DNA from: Escherichia coli
GTDB lineage: Bacteria; Pseudomonadota; Gammaproteobacteria; Enterobacterales; Enterobacteriaceae
NCBI RefSeq assembly: GCF_011045215.1
Contig: NZ_CP049201.1
DNA length: 64,000 nucleotides
Strand: one strand, 5' to 3'
In this document: positions 13,723 to 24,808 of the stretch, piece after piece
How the letters are laid out: the number at the start of each line of letters is the position of its first letter
How positions within the stretch are numbered: the stretch's first letter is position 1
Notes under the pieces: generated by a model
Databases searched by the model: none
What the model saw: the letters and a program-made list of their open reading frames with translations, nothing else
Told to the model about the DNA's origin: nothing
Program-made: the position numbers and the translations under genes

Positions 13723-14187
13723 TCATCGCAAATGATGCACCACCTGATTGCTGCTGCCGCGCCAGATCAGGGAAGGGTCTTTTAAATCCTGCACAAATTT
13801 GCCGTCGACCAGCACGTTAATCAAATCAACAACCTGCATTTGCGCAGCGTTGAGTTCGTCGAGTTTATAGCCTGTCCACACCCAGATGTCTTTACCCGGA
13901 CACTCGGCGCGGATGCGTTGTACCAGTTTCAGAATATCCGGCACGTTTTGCGGATGCAGCGGATCGCCGCCGGAGAGGGAAATACCCTGGCGTTTGATAC
14001 GAGTGTCATTCAGATCGTTAATGATCTGGTCTTCCATTGCTTTAGTAAATGGCTGACCAGAATTTACCCGCCATGTGCTTTTGTTATAGCAACCGGGGCA
14101 TTCATGAACACACCCGGAGACAAACAGGGTGCTGCGTGTGCCGGGGCCGTTGACGATGTCGACAGGATAGTACTGATGATAATTCAT
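13723..14187 (-). CDS. nrdG: Anaerobic ribonucleotide reductase activating protein (radical SAM)
   Basis: 154 aa with CxxxCxxC (CVHECPGC) radical-SAM cluster motif. Confidence 0.9.
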   Translation of the reverse strand: MNYHQYYPVDIVNGPGTRSTLFVSGCVHECPGCYNKSTWRVNSGQPFTKAMEDQIINDLNDTRIKRQGISLSGGDPLHPQNVPDILKLVQRIRAECPGKDIWVWTGYKLDELNAAQMQVVDLINVLVDGKFVQDLKDPSLIWRGSSNQVVHHLR

Positions 14188-14220
14188 TATTTCGCCTGGC
14201 TTATCAGTCCGCGTGTAGGC

Positions 14221-14327
<107 letters not shown>

Positions 14328-14344
14328 TTAGCGCAGAGTGAAGA

Positions 14345-16483
14345 TTAACCTATCTGCCCATTTCCCAAATGTTTAACGCGGCGCTTAACTTCTTCCTGCT
14401 TACCGGCGTTAAACGGACGTGCATCCGGGCTACCTAAATATCCGCACACGCGGCGAGTTACCGACACACGGGAGGCGTCATGGTTACCACATTTCGGGCA
14501 AGTGAAGCCTTTGCTGGTGCACTCGAACTCACCGGTAAAGCCACACTCGTAGCACTCATCAATCGGTGTATTGGTGCCGTAATACGGTACATGCTGATAG
14601 CTGTAATCCCAGACATCTTCCAGCGCCTTCAGGTTGTGCTGAATGTTTGGATACTCGCCGTAGCAAATGAAACCACCGTTCGCCAGCGGCGGGTAAGGCG
14701 CTTCAAAGTCGATCTTGTCGTACGGGTTCACCTTCTTCTCCACATCGAGGTGGAAACTGTTGGTGTAGTAACCTTTATCGGTCACGCCCGGCACCACGCC
14801 AAACTCAGCAGTATCGAGACGGCAGAAGCGGTCGCACAGGTTTTCACTCGGCGTGCTGTAGAGACTGAAACCATAACCCGTTTCTTCTTTCCACTGATCC
14901 ACTGCCTGACGCAGACGTTCAACAATGGCGATACCTTTCGCGCGAAGCTGCTCGTTGTCGTAAACATGCTCGCCGCCGAACAGCGCGTTAATGGTTTCGT
15001 GGATGCCGATGTAACCCAGCGAAATAGACGCACGACCGTTTTTGAAGATTTCAGAAACATCATCGTCAGCATTGAGACGCACGCCACAAGCACCTTCCAT
15101 ATAGAGGATCGGGGCCACGCGCGCTTTCACGCCTTCGAGACGAGCGATACGGGTCATCAGCGCCTTACGTGCCAGCACCAGACGTTCATCCAGCAGCTTC
15201 CAGAAGGTGGCTTCATCGCCTTTTGCTTCCAGAGCAATACGCGGCAGGTTCAGGCTGATCACGCCGAGGTTGTTACGACCATCGTGGATCTGCTCGCCGT
15301 TTTCATTTTCCCACACGCCGAGGAAGCTGCGGCAGCCCATCGGGGTTTTAAACGAACCGGTGACTTTCACTACCTGATCGTAGTTCAGGATATCCGGATA
15401 CATGCGTTTGCTTGCGCACTCCAGCGCCAGCTGTTTGATGTCGTAGTTCGGATCGCCTTTTTTATGGTTCAGGCCATCGCGAATCGCAAACACCAGTTTC
15501 GGGAACACCGCAGTTTTACGGTTTTTACCGAGGCCTGCGATACGGTTACGCAGGATAGATTCCTGAATCAGGCGCGACTCCCAGCTGGTGCCCAGACCAA
15601 AACCAAAGGTTACAAACGGCGTCTGACCGTTGGCGGTGTGCAGGGTGTTTACTTCGTACTCCAGCGACTGGAAGGCATCGTAGCACTCTTTAATGGTACG
15701 AGAGTTAGCGTAGCCTTCGGCGTCCGGGATGTTCCACTCTTCTGCGGTCTTGCGATGTTTGTTGTAGCTGGCGGTGACAAACGGTGCCAGCACTTCATCG
15801 ATACGGTTAATGGTGGTGCCGCCATAAATATGGCTGGCGACCTGAGCAATAATCTGCGCAGTTACAGCGGTTGCCGTAGAGATCGACTTCGGCGGTTCAA
15901 TCTCGGCGTTCCCCATCTTAAAGCCCTGGGTCAGCATGCCTTTCAGGTCGATCAACATGCAGTTGAACATCGGGAAGAACGGCGAGTAATCGAGATCGTG
16001 ATAGTGAATATCGCCACGCTCATGTGCCTGCACCACGTCACGCGGCAGCAGGTGCTGACGTGCATAGTGTTTAGCCACGATCCCGGCCAGCAGGTCGCGC
16101 TGGGTTGGAATCACCTTGCTGTCTTTGTTGGCGTTTTCGTTGAGTAACGAGGCGTTGGTCTGCTCGACCAGGCCACGGATCTCCTGGTTCAGGCGACCGC
16201 GTTTTTCACGTTCAATGTCGCGATCGTGACGGTACTCGATGTAAGCACGAGCCAGTTGTTTGTATGGACCCGACATCAGCTGGTTTTCAACTGCGGTCTG
16301 GATCTCGTTGATATCCACCTGGTTGCGGCCCTGCATCTGCTCGCTGACAACCGCGGCAACAGTGGCGCAATAATCGGCATCATCGACTTCCGCTGCTTTA
16401 GCTGCACGCAGAATCGCTTCTTTGATGCGCTCTGATTTAAACGGCACTTTGCAGCCGTCTCGTTTCATCACATGCGGTGTCAT
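14345..16483 (-). CDS. nrdD: Anaerobic ribonucleoside-triphosphate reductase
   Basis: 712 aa; glycyl-radical C-terminus (...RVCGYLG...) and Zn ribbon CxxC...CxxC. Confidence 0.92.
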   Translation of the reverse strand: MTPHVMKRDGCKVPFKSERIKEAILRAAKAAEVDDADYCATVAAVVSEQMQGRNQVDINEIQTAVENQLMSGPYKQLARAYIEYRHDRDIEREKRGRLNQEIRGLVEQTNASLLNENANKDSKVIPTQRDLLAGIVAKHYARQHLLPRDVVQAHERGDIHYHDLDYSPFFPMFNCMLIDLKGMLTQGFKMGNAEIEPPKSISTATAVTAQIIAQVASHIYGGTTINRIDEVLAPFVTASYNKHRKTAEEWNIPDAEGYANSRTIKECYDAFQSLEYEVNTLHTANGQTPFVTFGFGLGTSWESRLIQESILRNRIAGLGKNRKTAVFPKLVFAIRDGLNHKKGDPNYDIKQLALECASKRMYPDILNYDQVVKVTGSFKTPMGCRSFLGVWENENGEQIHDGRNNLGVISLNLPRIALEAKGDEATFWKLLDERLVLARKALMTRIARLEGVKARVAPILYMEGACGVRLNADDDVSEIFKNGRASISLGYIGIHETINALFGGEHVYDNEQLRAKGIAIVERLRQAVDQWKEETGYGFSLYSTPSENLCDRFCRLDTAEFGVVPGVTDKGYYTNSFHLDVEKKVNPYDKIDFEAPYPPLANGGFICYGEYPNIQHNLKALEDVWDYSYQHVPYYGTNTPIDECYECGFTGEFECTSKGFTCPKCGNHDASRVSVTRRVCGYLGSPDARPFNAGKQEEVKRRVKHLGNGQIG

Positions 16484-16876
16484 GATCGCTCCATATTTTT
16501 AAGAACAGGTTATCCACAGAAATTGGGAAAGGCGTTTTCCGGTTTTTTCGTTTCGTTTTCCGGAGCTTTCCGCAATCGCCATCCGCTTATCCACAACGCC
16601 GCACCTTTTTCGTGGGGAGCTGTAGTAGCAATTATAGTCGATTAATACAACATATTGGGTTGGGACGCATTTTAAAGTCTATATATAGTGCTTTGCATCA
16701 AGGATGTTTGAACTTTTTTTGATGTAGCTCAAAGTAAAAAGCAGAGCGTACGGATGACGGGCGCTACAGCGTTATGTAAATTTTTTAATGAATTTGCTGG
16801 TTGAAAAATCAACAAAAACAACATGCTGACAGACAAAACCCCGGAATGACCGGCATTACCGGGGCTTAGGGAAGAT

Positions 16877-18532
16877 TTACTTATGTAACCACCAGACAGC
16901 CTCAAAAGGCCGTAAAGTCATGGCACAGGGTTGTGGTGAGGCTTCTTCGTAGTTATGCATCACAAGCTGCCAGTTGCCGCGCATTTGCTCTGGCTGCCAG
17001 GGTTGGATCTCACGGCTAAGGTTGGCAATGACCAGCAAGGTTTGCCCCTTCCATTCACGGCGATAGCACCACAATACAGGGCTGTTTGGCAGCAGATCCT
17101 GGTAATTGCCCCATGTCAGAACGGCTTCTTGCTTACGCAGTGCGATTAACTTTTGGTAGGTGTAAAACACCGAGGACTCATCGGTCAGCGCGGCTTCTAC
17201 GTTGATTTCCTGATAGTTATCGCCCAGGCTAATCCACGGTTCGCCAGCCGTAAACCCGGCATTATCGCCGTTGCTCCATTGCATGGGCGTGCGGCTGTTG
17301 TCACGGGATTTACTGGCGAGGATTGCCAATAACTCGTCGGCATCACGACCATCGTTGCGCAGCTCGGCAAACATATTGAGGCTCTCTACGTCGCGATAGT
17401 CAGTAATGCGCGTGAAATGCGGGTTGGTCATGCCAATCTCTTCGCCCTGGTAGATATACGGCGTTCCCTGCATGCCATGCAGCACCATCGCCAGCATTTT
17501 TGCCGCAGGCACGCGGTATTCACCTTCATCACCAAAGCGAGAAACAATGCGCGGCTGATCGTGGTTACACCAGAACAAGGCATTCCATGCCACGTTGTGC
17601 ATTCCTTGTTGCCAGTGGCGGAACAATGTTTTCAACGCCACAAAGTCAGGTTTAGCCAGCGTCCATTTTTCACCACCGGGATAATCGACCTTCAGGTGAT
17701 GAAAATTAAAGGTCATCGACAATTCACTGCCTGTCAGAGCCGCGTATCGCTGGCAATGCTCAAGGCTGGTGGAGGACATTTCACCTACGGTCATTAACCC
17801 GCGTGGCGTAAACACATCGCGGTTCATCTCGTGCAAAAACTCGTGTGCTCGTGGCCCGTCGGTGTAGAAGCGACGCCCGTCGCCGTCCAGGTCTTCAGGG
17901 AAACGCGGGTCTTTGGAGATCAGATTCACCACATCCAGGCGCAACCCGTCGACCCCACGATCGGCCCAGAACTCACAGACTTTTTTCAGCTCTGCGCGTA
18001 CCGCTGGATTCTCCCAGTTGAGATCCGCCTGTTCTGGTGCAAAGAGATGCAAATAGTACTGTTCGCTTTCCGCATGCCAGCGCCACGCACTACCGCCAAA
18101 TTTTGAACGCCAGTTGTTCGGTGGCGTTTCTGGTTCGCCATCGCGCCAGATATAAAACTGGCGGTAAGGGCTTTCTTTGTTCAGCGCCTCGCGAAACCAG
18201 GCATGTTGGGTAGAGGTATGGTTAAACACCATATCGAGAATGATACGAATCCCGCGCGATTTTGCCTGCGTCACCAGTTCGTCAAAATCGTCCAGCGTGC
18301 CGTAGGTGGGATCAATCGCCGTATAGTTCGCTACGTCGTAACCGTTATCGACCTGGGGAGAGACATAAAAGGGGGTTAGCCAGATGGCATCAACGCCCAG
18401 TTTATGCAGATAGTCCAGGCGTTGTATAACGCCACGTAAATCGCCGGTACCGCTACCCGTGGTGTCCTGAAAACTCTTTGGATAAATCTGGTAGATAACG
18501 CCGTTTTGCCACCAGTGGGGAAGATTAGTCAT
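16877..18532 (-). CDS. treC: Trehalose-6-phosphate hydrolase
   Basis: 551 aa from MTNLPHWWQNGVIYQIYPKSF (GH13); ORF track 5' extension to 18679 is spurious (runs into treB). Confidence 0.9.
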   Translation of the reverse strand: MTNLPHWWQNGVIYQIYPKSFQDTTGSGTGDLRGVIQRLDYLHKLGVDAIWLTPFYVSPQVDNGYDVANYTAIDPTYGTLDDFDELVTQAKSRGIRIILDMVFNHTSTQHAWFREALNKESPYRQFYIWRDGEPETPPNNWRSKFGGSAWRWHAESEQYYLHLFAPEQADLNWENPAVRAELKKVCEFWADRGVDGLRLDVVNLISKDPRFPEDLDGDGRRFYTDGPRAHEFLHEMNRDVFTPRGLMTVGEMSSTSLEHCQRYAALTGSELSMTFNFHHLKVDYPGGEKWTLAKPDFVALKTLFRHWQQGMHNVAWNALFWCNHDQPRIVSRFGDEGEYRVPAAKMLAMVLHGMQGTPYIYQGEEIGMTNPHFTRITDYRDVESLNMFAELRNDGRDADELLAILASKSRDNSRTPMQWSNGDNAGFTAGEPWISLGDNYQEINVEAALTDESSVFYTYQKLIALRKQEAVLTWGNYQDLLPNSPVLWCYRREWKGQTLLVIANLSREIQPWQPEQMRGNWQLVMHNYEEASPQPCAMTLRPFEAVWWLHK

Positions 18533-18581
18533 TACGTTATTCCTGCAAATGCGAGGGGGCGCAATTGCGCCCCGAAGAAAA

Positions 18582-20003
18582 TTAAACAATGTCCAGCGTG
18601 CCCAGGCGGTATTTCCGCTGATAGATAAACGAGGTGAGTACAATCGGGATGATGATGGCGATAGCCATTGCCAGCGCAAACACCTGCCAGTAGCTCGGTT
18701 GAATCGAGAGAATTCCCGGCAGGCCGCCTACGCCGATGCCATTCGCCATAACGCCGTTCAGGCCGCATAGCAATCCTGCCAGACCAGAACCAATCATCGC
18801 GCACAGCATCGGGAAGCGATATTTCAGGTTGATGCCGTACATTGCAGGCTCAGTGACCCCAAGCCAGGCGGAGATCGCCGCAGGCACGGAGATCTCGCGT
18901 TCATTGTGCTTGCGGCTGGAAATGATAATGCCTATCACGGCGGAGCCCTGAGCGATATTCGACAGCGCAATCAGCGGCCACACTGGCGTACCACCCATGC
19001 TTTGAATCATCTGCAAATCAATAGCAAGCGTGGTCTGGTGTACCCCGGTGATCACCAGCGGGGCGTACAGGAAGCCAAACAATGCCGCGCCAATCGGAGC
19101 AAAGCTGCCGGTCATCAGGTGACGTACCGCAAAGGCAACGCCATCGCCAATCATGCGACCAAACGGACCAATCAGCGCATGGGCGAGGAACACCGCGAGG
19201 ATCAGCGAACAGACGGGCACCACCACCAGATAGAGGTAATCTGGCACGATGCGTTTAAGGCGAGTTTCAATAACGCCCAGCGCCAGCCCGGCTAATAGTG
19301 CCGGGATCACCTGCGCCTGATAGCCCACTTTGGCGATGCTGAACATGCCAAAGTCCCACACTTCCGGCAGCTGCTGCCCGAGCAGATAAGCGTTCATCAG
19401 CTGGGGGGAAACCAGTGTCACGCCAAGCACGATACCAAGGATCGGCGTGCCGCCCATTTTTTTCACCGCTGACCAGCAAATCCCGACCGGCAGGTAGAAG
19501 AAGATCGCTTCACCGATCAACCACAGAAAATCGTAGATCGTTTGCAGGGAAGGGTACATTTGCGCCAGCGTTTGACCGTTGCTCATGGGCAAATCGCCGA
19601 TCACATTGCGAAAACCGAGGATCAAACCGCCGCTGATCAACGCGGGCAGCAACGGGAAGAAGATCTCCGCGAAATGAGAGATCAACTGCTCATGCCATTT
19701 CATATTCTGCCGGGCGGCTTTTTTTACCTGCTCTTTATCAACCTGCGCCTGTCCGGTTGACGCTATCAGTGCTTGATAGTAATCACCCACGTTGGTGCCA
19801 ATCACCACCTGAAATTGCCCGGCATTGGTGAAACAGCCTTTCACCATGGGGAGTTGCTCAATTTCTTTCGGTCTGGCATTGGCCGGTTGGTTGAGGACAA
19901 AGCGCAGGCGAGTAATACAGTGGCTCACCGTCGCAATATTGCCGCGCCCGCCGACCAGTTCAATCAACCGATCGATATCCGTTTGGTTTATTTTGCTCAT
20001 CAT
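18582..20003 (-). CDS. treB: PTS trehalose-specific EIIBC component
   Basis: 473 aa; EIIB cysteine motif (...VSHCITRLRF) then polytopic EIIC. Confidence 0.9.
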   Translation of the reverse strand: MMSKINQTDIDRLIELVGGRGNIATVSHCITRLRFVLNQPANARPKEIEQLPMVKGCFTNAGQFQVVIGTNVGDYYQALIASTGQAQVDKEQVKKAARQNMKWHEQLISHFAEIFFPLLPALISGGLILGFRNVIGDLPMSNGQTLAQMYPSLQTIYDFLWLIGEAIFFYLPVGICWSAVKKMGGTPILGIVLGVTLVSPQLMNAYLLGQQLPEVWDFGMFSIAKVGYQAQVIPALLAGLALGVIETRLKRIVPDYLYLVVVPVCSLILAVFLAHALIGPFGRMIGDGVAFAVRHLMTGSFAPIGAALFGFLYAPLVITGVHQTTLAIDLQMIQSMGGTPVWPLIALSNIAQGSAVIGIIISSRKHNEREISVPAAISAWLGVTEPAMYGINLKYRFPMLCAMIGSGLAGLLCGLNGVMANGIGVGGLPGILSIQPSYWQVFALAMAIAIIIPIVLTSFIYQRKYRLGTLDIV

Positions 20004-20121
20004 AAAGCCCCATGGCAGATGACATTTTTGGTTGGCTGCAGAATATATTGCGCGGAAAAATTTAAAAACGGGAACGTTCCCGAAACGCAGCGAAGATCAC
20101 AATTTATCGTTCAGGAAACGA

Positions 20122-21069
20122 TCAGGACAGGTTGGCGGGGATGATGATTTGTTGCGGTTCGCTGCGTCCGGTTACCTGCGCGATCAACTGGCAGGCCGCC
20201 TGGCGTCCAGCTTCGGCGTAACCAGGATCTACGGTGACGATCTCCGGATGAAGGAATTTCATTAACGGCGTATTACCGACGCTCGCCAGTTGCAAGGTGT
20301 CGATGCGTTGCTCTTGCAGGTATTTACTTGCGCCAAGTGCTAGCGTGTCGGTTGCGCACAGTAAGGCGGTAGTTTCAGGCGTAATCACTTTTGCTACGTT
20401 CTCATAGCCTTGCTTCATAGCAAGCCCTGGCAGAGCGGCAACGGGATGCAGTTTATGCGCTTTGCAGAACGCCAGGTAGGCTTCGTGACGTCGCTTACCG
20501 GTCGTCACGTCACTGTGCGGCACGCCGAGATAACTGATATTACGATGCCCCTGGTCATACAGCCGTTGCATCAGGATCTTGATTGCCCCTTCGTCGTCAT
20601 AACAGACCGAAGCAAAGCCTTTTGCGTCACGCGCCAGCAGAACCAGCGATGACTGCCAGTGGGCTAACATTTCTTCTGTTATGCCGGTAAAACCGAACAG
20701 CACTACGCCGTCGATATTACGCCGTTTCAGCACCCCCAAATGTTCGGCAACTAATTGCGGGGAAAACTGACTTTCCATCATGATTGGGTCGTAACCTTGT
20801 TCATAGAACGCTGGCAGCATGGTTTGAACGGCGAGATTTTCTGACAACGAATCCAGACGGGTAACAATGATGGCGACCACTTTATCGCTTTGCCCACGCA
20901 TAGCGCGCGCAGAGCGGGAAGGGGAAAATCCATGCTGATTCATCACTGCTTCAACACGCTCGCGGGTGCGCTGGCTCACGCCGCTTTCGTTATTCAGCAC
21001 CCGGGAAACTGTAGATTTCCCCACGCCGCTTAAGCGCGCGATGTCTTTGATGGTCAGCCGATTTTGCAT
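20122..21069 (-). CDS. treR: Trehalose operon repressor (LacI family)
   Basis: 315 aa; N-terminal HTH MQNRLTIKDIARLSGVGKSTVSRVLN. Confidence 0.9.
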   Translation of the reverse strand: MQNRLTIKDIARLSGVGKSTVSRVLNNESGVSQRTRERVEAVMNQHGFSPSRSARAMRGQSDKVVAIIVTRLDSLSENLAVQTMLPAFYEQGYDPIMMESQFSPQLVAEHLGVLKRRNIDGVVLFGFTGITEEMLAHWQSSLVLLARDAKGFASVCYDDEGAIKILMQRLYDQGHRNISYLGVPHSDVTTGKRRHEAYLAFCKAHKLHPVAALPGLAMKQGYENVAKVITPETTALLCATDTLALGASKYLQEQRIDTLQLASVGNTPLMKFLHPEIVTVDPGYAEAGRQAACQLIAQVTGRSEPQQIIIPANLS

Positions 21070-21253
21070 CCTGTTGTCCTGTAACGTGTTGTTTAATTAT
21101 TTGAGCCTAACTTTACCCGTGCATTCAGCAATGGGTAAAGTCTGGTTTATCGTTGGTTTAGTTGCCAGCAGGTATTATATCGCCATAGATGCTACGAATA
21201 TTATTGGATTCTCCTTATTATTTGCGGCGCTTTTTTCACTTACCGGAGGTTAT

Positions 21254-21307
21254 ATGGAACCTGATCCCACGCCTCTCCCTCGACGGAGATTAAAACTTTT
21301 CCGGTAA
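21254..21307 (+). CDS. mgtL: mgtA leader peptide MgtL (proline-rich, 17 aa)
   Basis: ATG at 21254 encodes [17 protein letters not shown] inside the long mgtA 5' leader. Confidence 0.75.
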
Positions 21308-21447
21308 GCCCGTCTTTTCACGGCGTTACCGGATGCGTAAGGCCGTGACGTTTTAACGTCCCTGCTCAGCTTTATTACCTTCAGGTAAGGCTTCGCCACG
21401 CCTGAAGACATTTCTGTACTGTTTCAGACAGTGCGGAGGGACTCCTT

Positions 21448-24144
21448 ATGTTTAAAGAAATTTTTACCCGGCTCATTCGCCATTTACCTTCCCGTCTGGT
21501 TCATCGTGATCCATTGCCTGGCGCGCAGCAGACAGTGAATACGGTGGTCCCGCCGTCCTTAAGTGCGCATTGCCTGAAAATGGCGGTGATGCCCGAAGAA
21601 GAATTGTGGAAAACGTTCGACACCCATCCGGAAGGGTTAAATCAGGCGGAAGTGGAATCTGCCCGCGAACAACATGGTGAAAATAAATTACCCGCACAAC
21701 AACCGTCGCCGTGGTGGGTACATTTATGGGTCTGCTATCGCAACCCCTTTAATATTTTACTCACCATTCTCGGCGCTATTTCTTACGCCACGGAAGATTT
21801 ATTTGCTGCGGGCGTTATCGCGCTAATGGTCGCTATTTCTACGTTGCTGAACTTTATTCAGGAAGCACGTTCCACTAAAGCGGCAGATGCCCTGAAAGCG
21901 ATGGTCAGCAATACTGCGACGGTGCTGCGCGTAATTAACGACAAAGGCGAAAATGGCTGGCTGGAGATCCCGATCGACCAGCTGGTGCCCGGCGATATTA
22001 TAAAACTGGCGGCGGGAGATATGATCCCGGCAGATTTACGTATCTTGCAGGCGCGGGATCTGTTCGTCGCTCAGGCGTCGTTAACCGGTGAGTCTCTGCC
22101 CGTAGAAAAAGCCGCTACCACTCGCCAGCCGGAGCACAGCAATCCGCTGGAGTGCGACACGCTGTGTTTTATGGGCACCACCGTGGTGAGCGGCACGGCA
22201 CAAGCAATGGTGATTGCTACAGGTGCCAATACCTGGTTTGGTCAACTGGCGGGGCGTGTTAGTGAGCAGGAAAGCGAGCCGAATGCCTTTCAGCAAGGGA
22301 TCAGCCGCGTCAGTATGCTGCTGATTCGCTTTATGCTGGTGATGGCACCGGTGGTGCTGTTAATCAATGGCTACACCAAAGGCGACTGGTGGGAAGCGGC
22401 GCTGTTTGCGCTTTCGGTCGCGGTAGGCCTAACGCCGGAAATGTTGCCGATGATTGTTACCTCGACGCTGGCGCGCGGCGCAGTAAAGCTGTCGAAACAG
22501 AAAGTGATCGTCAAACATCTGGATGCTATTCAGAACTTTGGCGCAATGGATATTCTGTGCACTGATAAAACCGGCACCCTGACACAGGATAAAATTGTGC
22601 TGGAGAATCATACCGATATCTCCGGTAAAACCAGCGAACGCGTGCTGCATAGCGCGTGGTTGAACAGTCATTATCAGACCGGACTTAAAAACCTGCTCGA
22701 TACAGCGGTGCTCGAAGGTACGGATGAAGAGTCAGCGCGCTCGCTGGCCAGTCGTTGGCAAAAAATCGATGAGATTCCGTTTGATTTCGAGCGTCGCCGG
22801 ATGTCGGTGGTAGTGGCAGAAAATACCGAGCACCATCAGCTGGTTTGCAAAGGTGCATTGCAGGAAATCCTCAATGTGTGTTCGCAGGTGCGTCACAATG
22901 GCGAGATTGTGCCGCTCGATGACATCATGCTGCGTAAGATTAAGCGGGTTACTGATACGCTGAATCGTCAGGGGCTGCGCGTGGTTGCGGTGGCGACGAA
23001 ATACCTGCCAGCGCGTGAAGGAGATTACCAGCGGGCGGATGAATCCGACCTGATCCTCGAAGGATATATTGCTTTTCTTGATCCGCCAAAAGAGACAACC
23101 GCTCCGGCACTGAAGGCATTAAAAGCGAGTGGAATTACCGTAAAAATCCTTACTGGCGACAGTGAGTTAGTTGCAGCGAAAGTGTGCCATGAAGTGGGGC
23201 TGGACGCGGGAGAGGTGGTCATTGGTAGTGATATTGAAACGCTATCTGACGACGAACTGGCAAATCTTGCACAGCGTACCACGCTGTTTGCCCGCCTGAC
23301 GCCGATGCATAAAGAACGCATTGTGACCTTACTGAAGCGCGAAGGGCATGTGGTTGGCTTTATGGGCGATGGTATTAATGATGCGCCCGCCTTACGCGCT
23401 GCGGATATCGGCATTTCTGTGGACGGCGCGGTAGATATTGCCCGTGAAGCGGCTGATATCATCCTGCTGGAAAAAAGCCTGATGGTGCTGGAAGAGGGGG
23501 TTATTGAGGGACGACGCACTTTCGCCAACATGCTGAAATACATCAAAATGACGGCGAGTTCTAACTTCGGTAATGTGTTCAGCGTGCTGGTGGCGAGTGC
23601 TTTCTTGCCCTTCCTGCCGATGTTGCCGTTACACTTGCTTATTCAGAACCTGCTGTACGATGTGTCACAGGTGGCGATCCCGTTTGATAACGTCGACGAC
23701 GAGCAAATTCAAAAGCCGCAGCGTTGGAATCCGGCGGATCTGGGGCGCTTTATGATCTTCTTCGGACCGATCAGCTCGATCTTCGATATTCTGACGTTTT
23801 GCCTGATGTGGTGGGTATTCCATGCCAACACGCCGGAAACGCAAACGCTGTTCCAGTCGGGATGGTTTGTGGTGGGCTTACTGTCGCAAACGCTGATTGT
23901 GCATATGATCCGCACCCGGCGTGTGCCGTTTATTCAGAGCTGTGCATCGTGGCCGTTAATGATCATGACCGTGATCGTGATGATTGTCGGGATCGCATTG
24001 CCGTTTTCACCGCTGGCCAGTTATCTGCAATTACAGGCGCTGCCGTTAAGCTATTTCCCGTGGCTGGTTGCGATTCTGGCAGGGTATATGACATTAACCC
24101 AGTTGGTGAAAGGGTTCTATAGCCGTCGTTACGGCTGGCAATAA
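21448..24144 (+). CDS. mgtA: Magnesium-transporting P-type ATPase
   Basis: 898 aa; DKTGTLT phosphorylation motif, GDGINDAPAL hinge motif. Confidence 0.92.
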   Translation: MFKEIFTRLIRHLPSRLVHRDPLPGAQQTVNTVVPPSLSAHCLKMAVMPEEELWKTFDTHPEGLNQAEVESAREQHGENKLPAQQPSPWWVHLWVCYRNPFNILLTILGAISYATEDLFAAGVIALMVAISTLLNFIQEARSTKAADALKAMVSNTATVLRVINDKGENGWLEIPIDQLVPGDIIKLAAGDMIPADLRILQARDLFVAQASLTGESLPVEKAATTRQPEHSNPLECDTLCFMGTTVVSGTAQAMVIATGANTWFGQLAGRVSEQESEPNAFQQGISRVSMLLIRFMLVMAPVVLLINGYTKGDWWEAALFALSVAVGLTPEMLPMIVTSTLARGAVKLSKQKVIVKHLDAIQNFGAMDILCTDKTGTLTQDKIVLENHTDISGKTSERVLHSAWLNSHYQTGLKNLLDTAVLEGTDEESARSLASRWQKIDEIPFDFERRRMSVVVAENTEHHQLVCKGALQEILNVCSQVRHNGEIVPLDDIMLRKIKRVTDTLNRQGLRVVAVATKYLPAREGDYQRADESDLILEGYIAFLDPPKETTAPALKALKASGITVKILTGDSELVAAKVCHEVGLDAGEVVIGSDIETLSDDELANLAQRTTLFARLTPMHKERIVTLLKREGHVVGFMGDGINDAPALRAADIGISVDGAVDIAREAADIILLEKSLMVLEEGVIEGRRTFANMLKYIKMTASSNFGNVFSVLVASAFLPFLPMLPLHLLIQNLLYDVSQVAIPFDNVDDEQIQKPQRWNPADLGRFMIFFGPISSIFDILTFCLMWWVFHANTPETQTLFQSGWFVVGLLSQTLIVHMIRTRRVPFIQSCASWPLMIMTVIVMIVGIALPFSPLASYLQLQALPLSYFPWLVAILAGYMTLTQLVKGFYSRRYGWQ

Positions 24145-24198
24145 AGAATAAACTGGGCACGATAGCCCCGATTCAGATTGCAGACAAAGTAAGCTTTG

Positions 24199-24292
24199 TT
24201 CATGCCGGATGCGGCGTAAATGCCTTATCCGGCCAACAAATTCAATAAATTGCAGGAATCACGTAGGCCTGATAAGCGTAGCGCATCAGGCG
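24199..24292. repeat. REP elements
   Basis: GCCGGATGCGGCGTAAATGCCTTATCCGGCC and TAGGCCTGATAAGCGTAGCGCATCAGGCG after mgtA. Confidence 0.75.
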
Positions 24293-24349
24293 ATTTTGCG
24301 TTTGTCATCAGACTTAATCCGGGCATGATAGCCCGGATTTCCATCAAGA

Positions 24350-24736
24350 TTAGCGACGAACAGCGATCGCTTCGATCTCAATCTTCACGTCTTTCGGCAG
24401 ACGGGCAACTTCAACGCAAGAACGTGCCGGGAAGGTGGCGTTGTGTTCGGTGAAGAAGGCTTCGTAAGTGGCGTTTACGGTTGCGAAGTCGTTCAGATCT
24501 TTTACAAACACGGTAGTTTTAACGATGTCGCCCACTTTCAGACCAGCGGCTTCGACGATCGCTTTTACGTTATCCAGCGACTGACGTGCCTGTGCAGCGA
24601 CGTCTGCCGGTACTTCGCCCGTTTTCGGATTTACCGGGATCTGACCGGAGGTGATGATCATATTGCCCAGATCAACGCCCTGTACGTAAGGGCCGATAGC
24701 TGCCGGTGCATTTTCCGTCGCGATAGTTTTGCTCAT
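24350..24736 (-). CDS. ridA: Enamine/imine deaminase RidA (YjgF)
   Basis: 128 aa from MSKTIATENAPAAIGPYVQG; ORF track upstream extension is spurious. Confidence 0.9.
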   Translation of the reverse strand: MSKTIATENAPAAIGPYVQGVDLGNMIITSGQIPVNPKTGEVPADVAAQARQSLDNVKAIVEAAGLKVGDIVKTTVFVKDLNDFATVNATYEAFFTEHNATFPARSCVEVARLPKDVKIEIEAIAVRR

Positions 24737-24808
24737 GATTTCTCCTTTATTACAGCGGTAAAAAGTCTGGCTCATTATAGGGAGCCAGACTTTTATTACC
24801 AACCGCAA

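Noticed and set aside
14480-16147. 555-aa ORF on the plus strand
   Set aside because: Antisense to nrdD, which is unambiguously the real gene; long antisense ORFs are a frame artefact here
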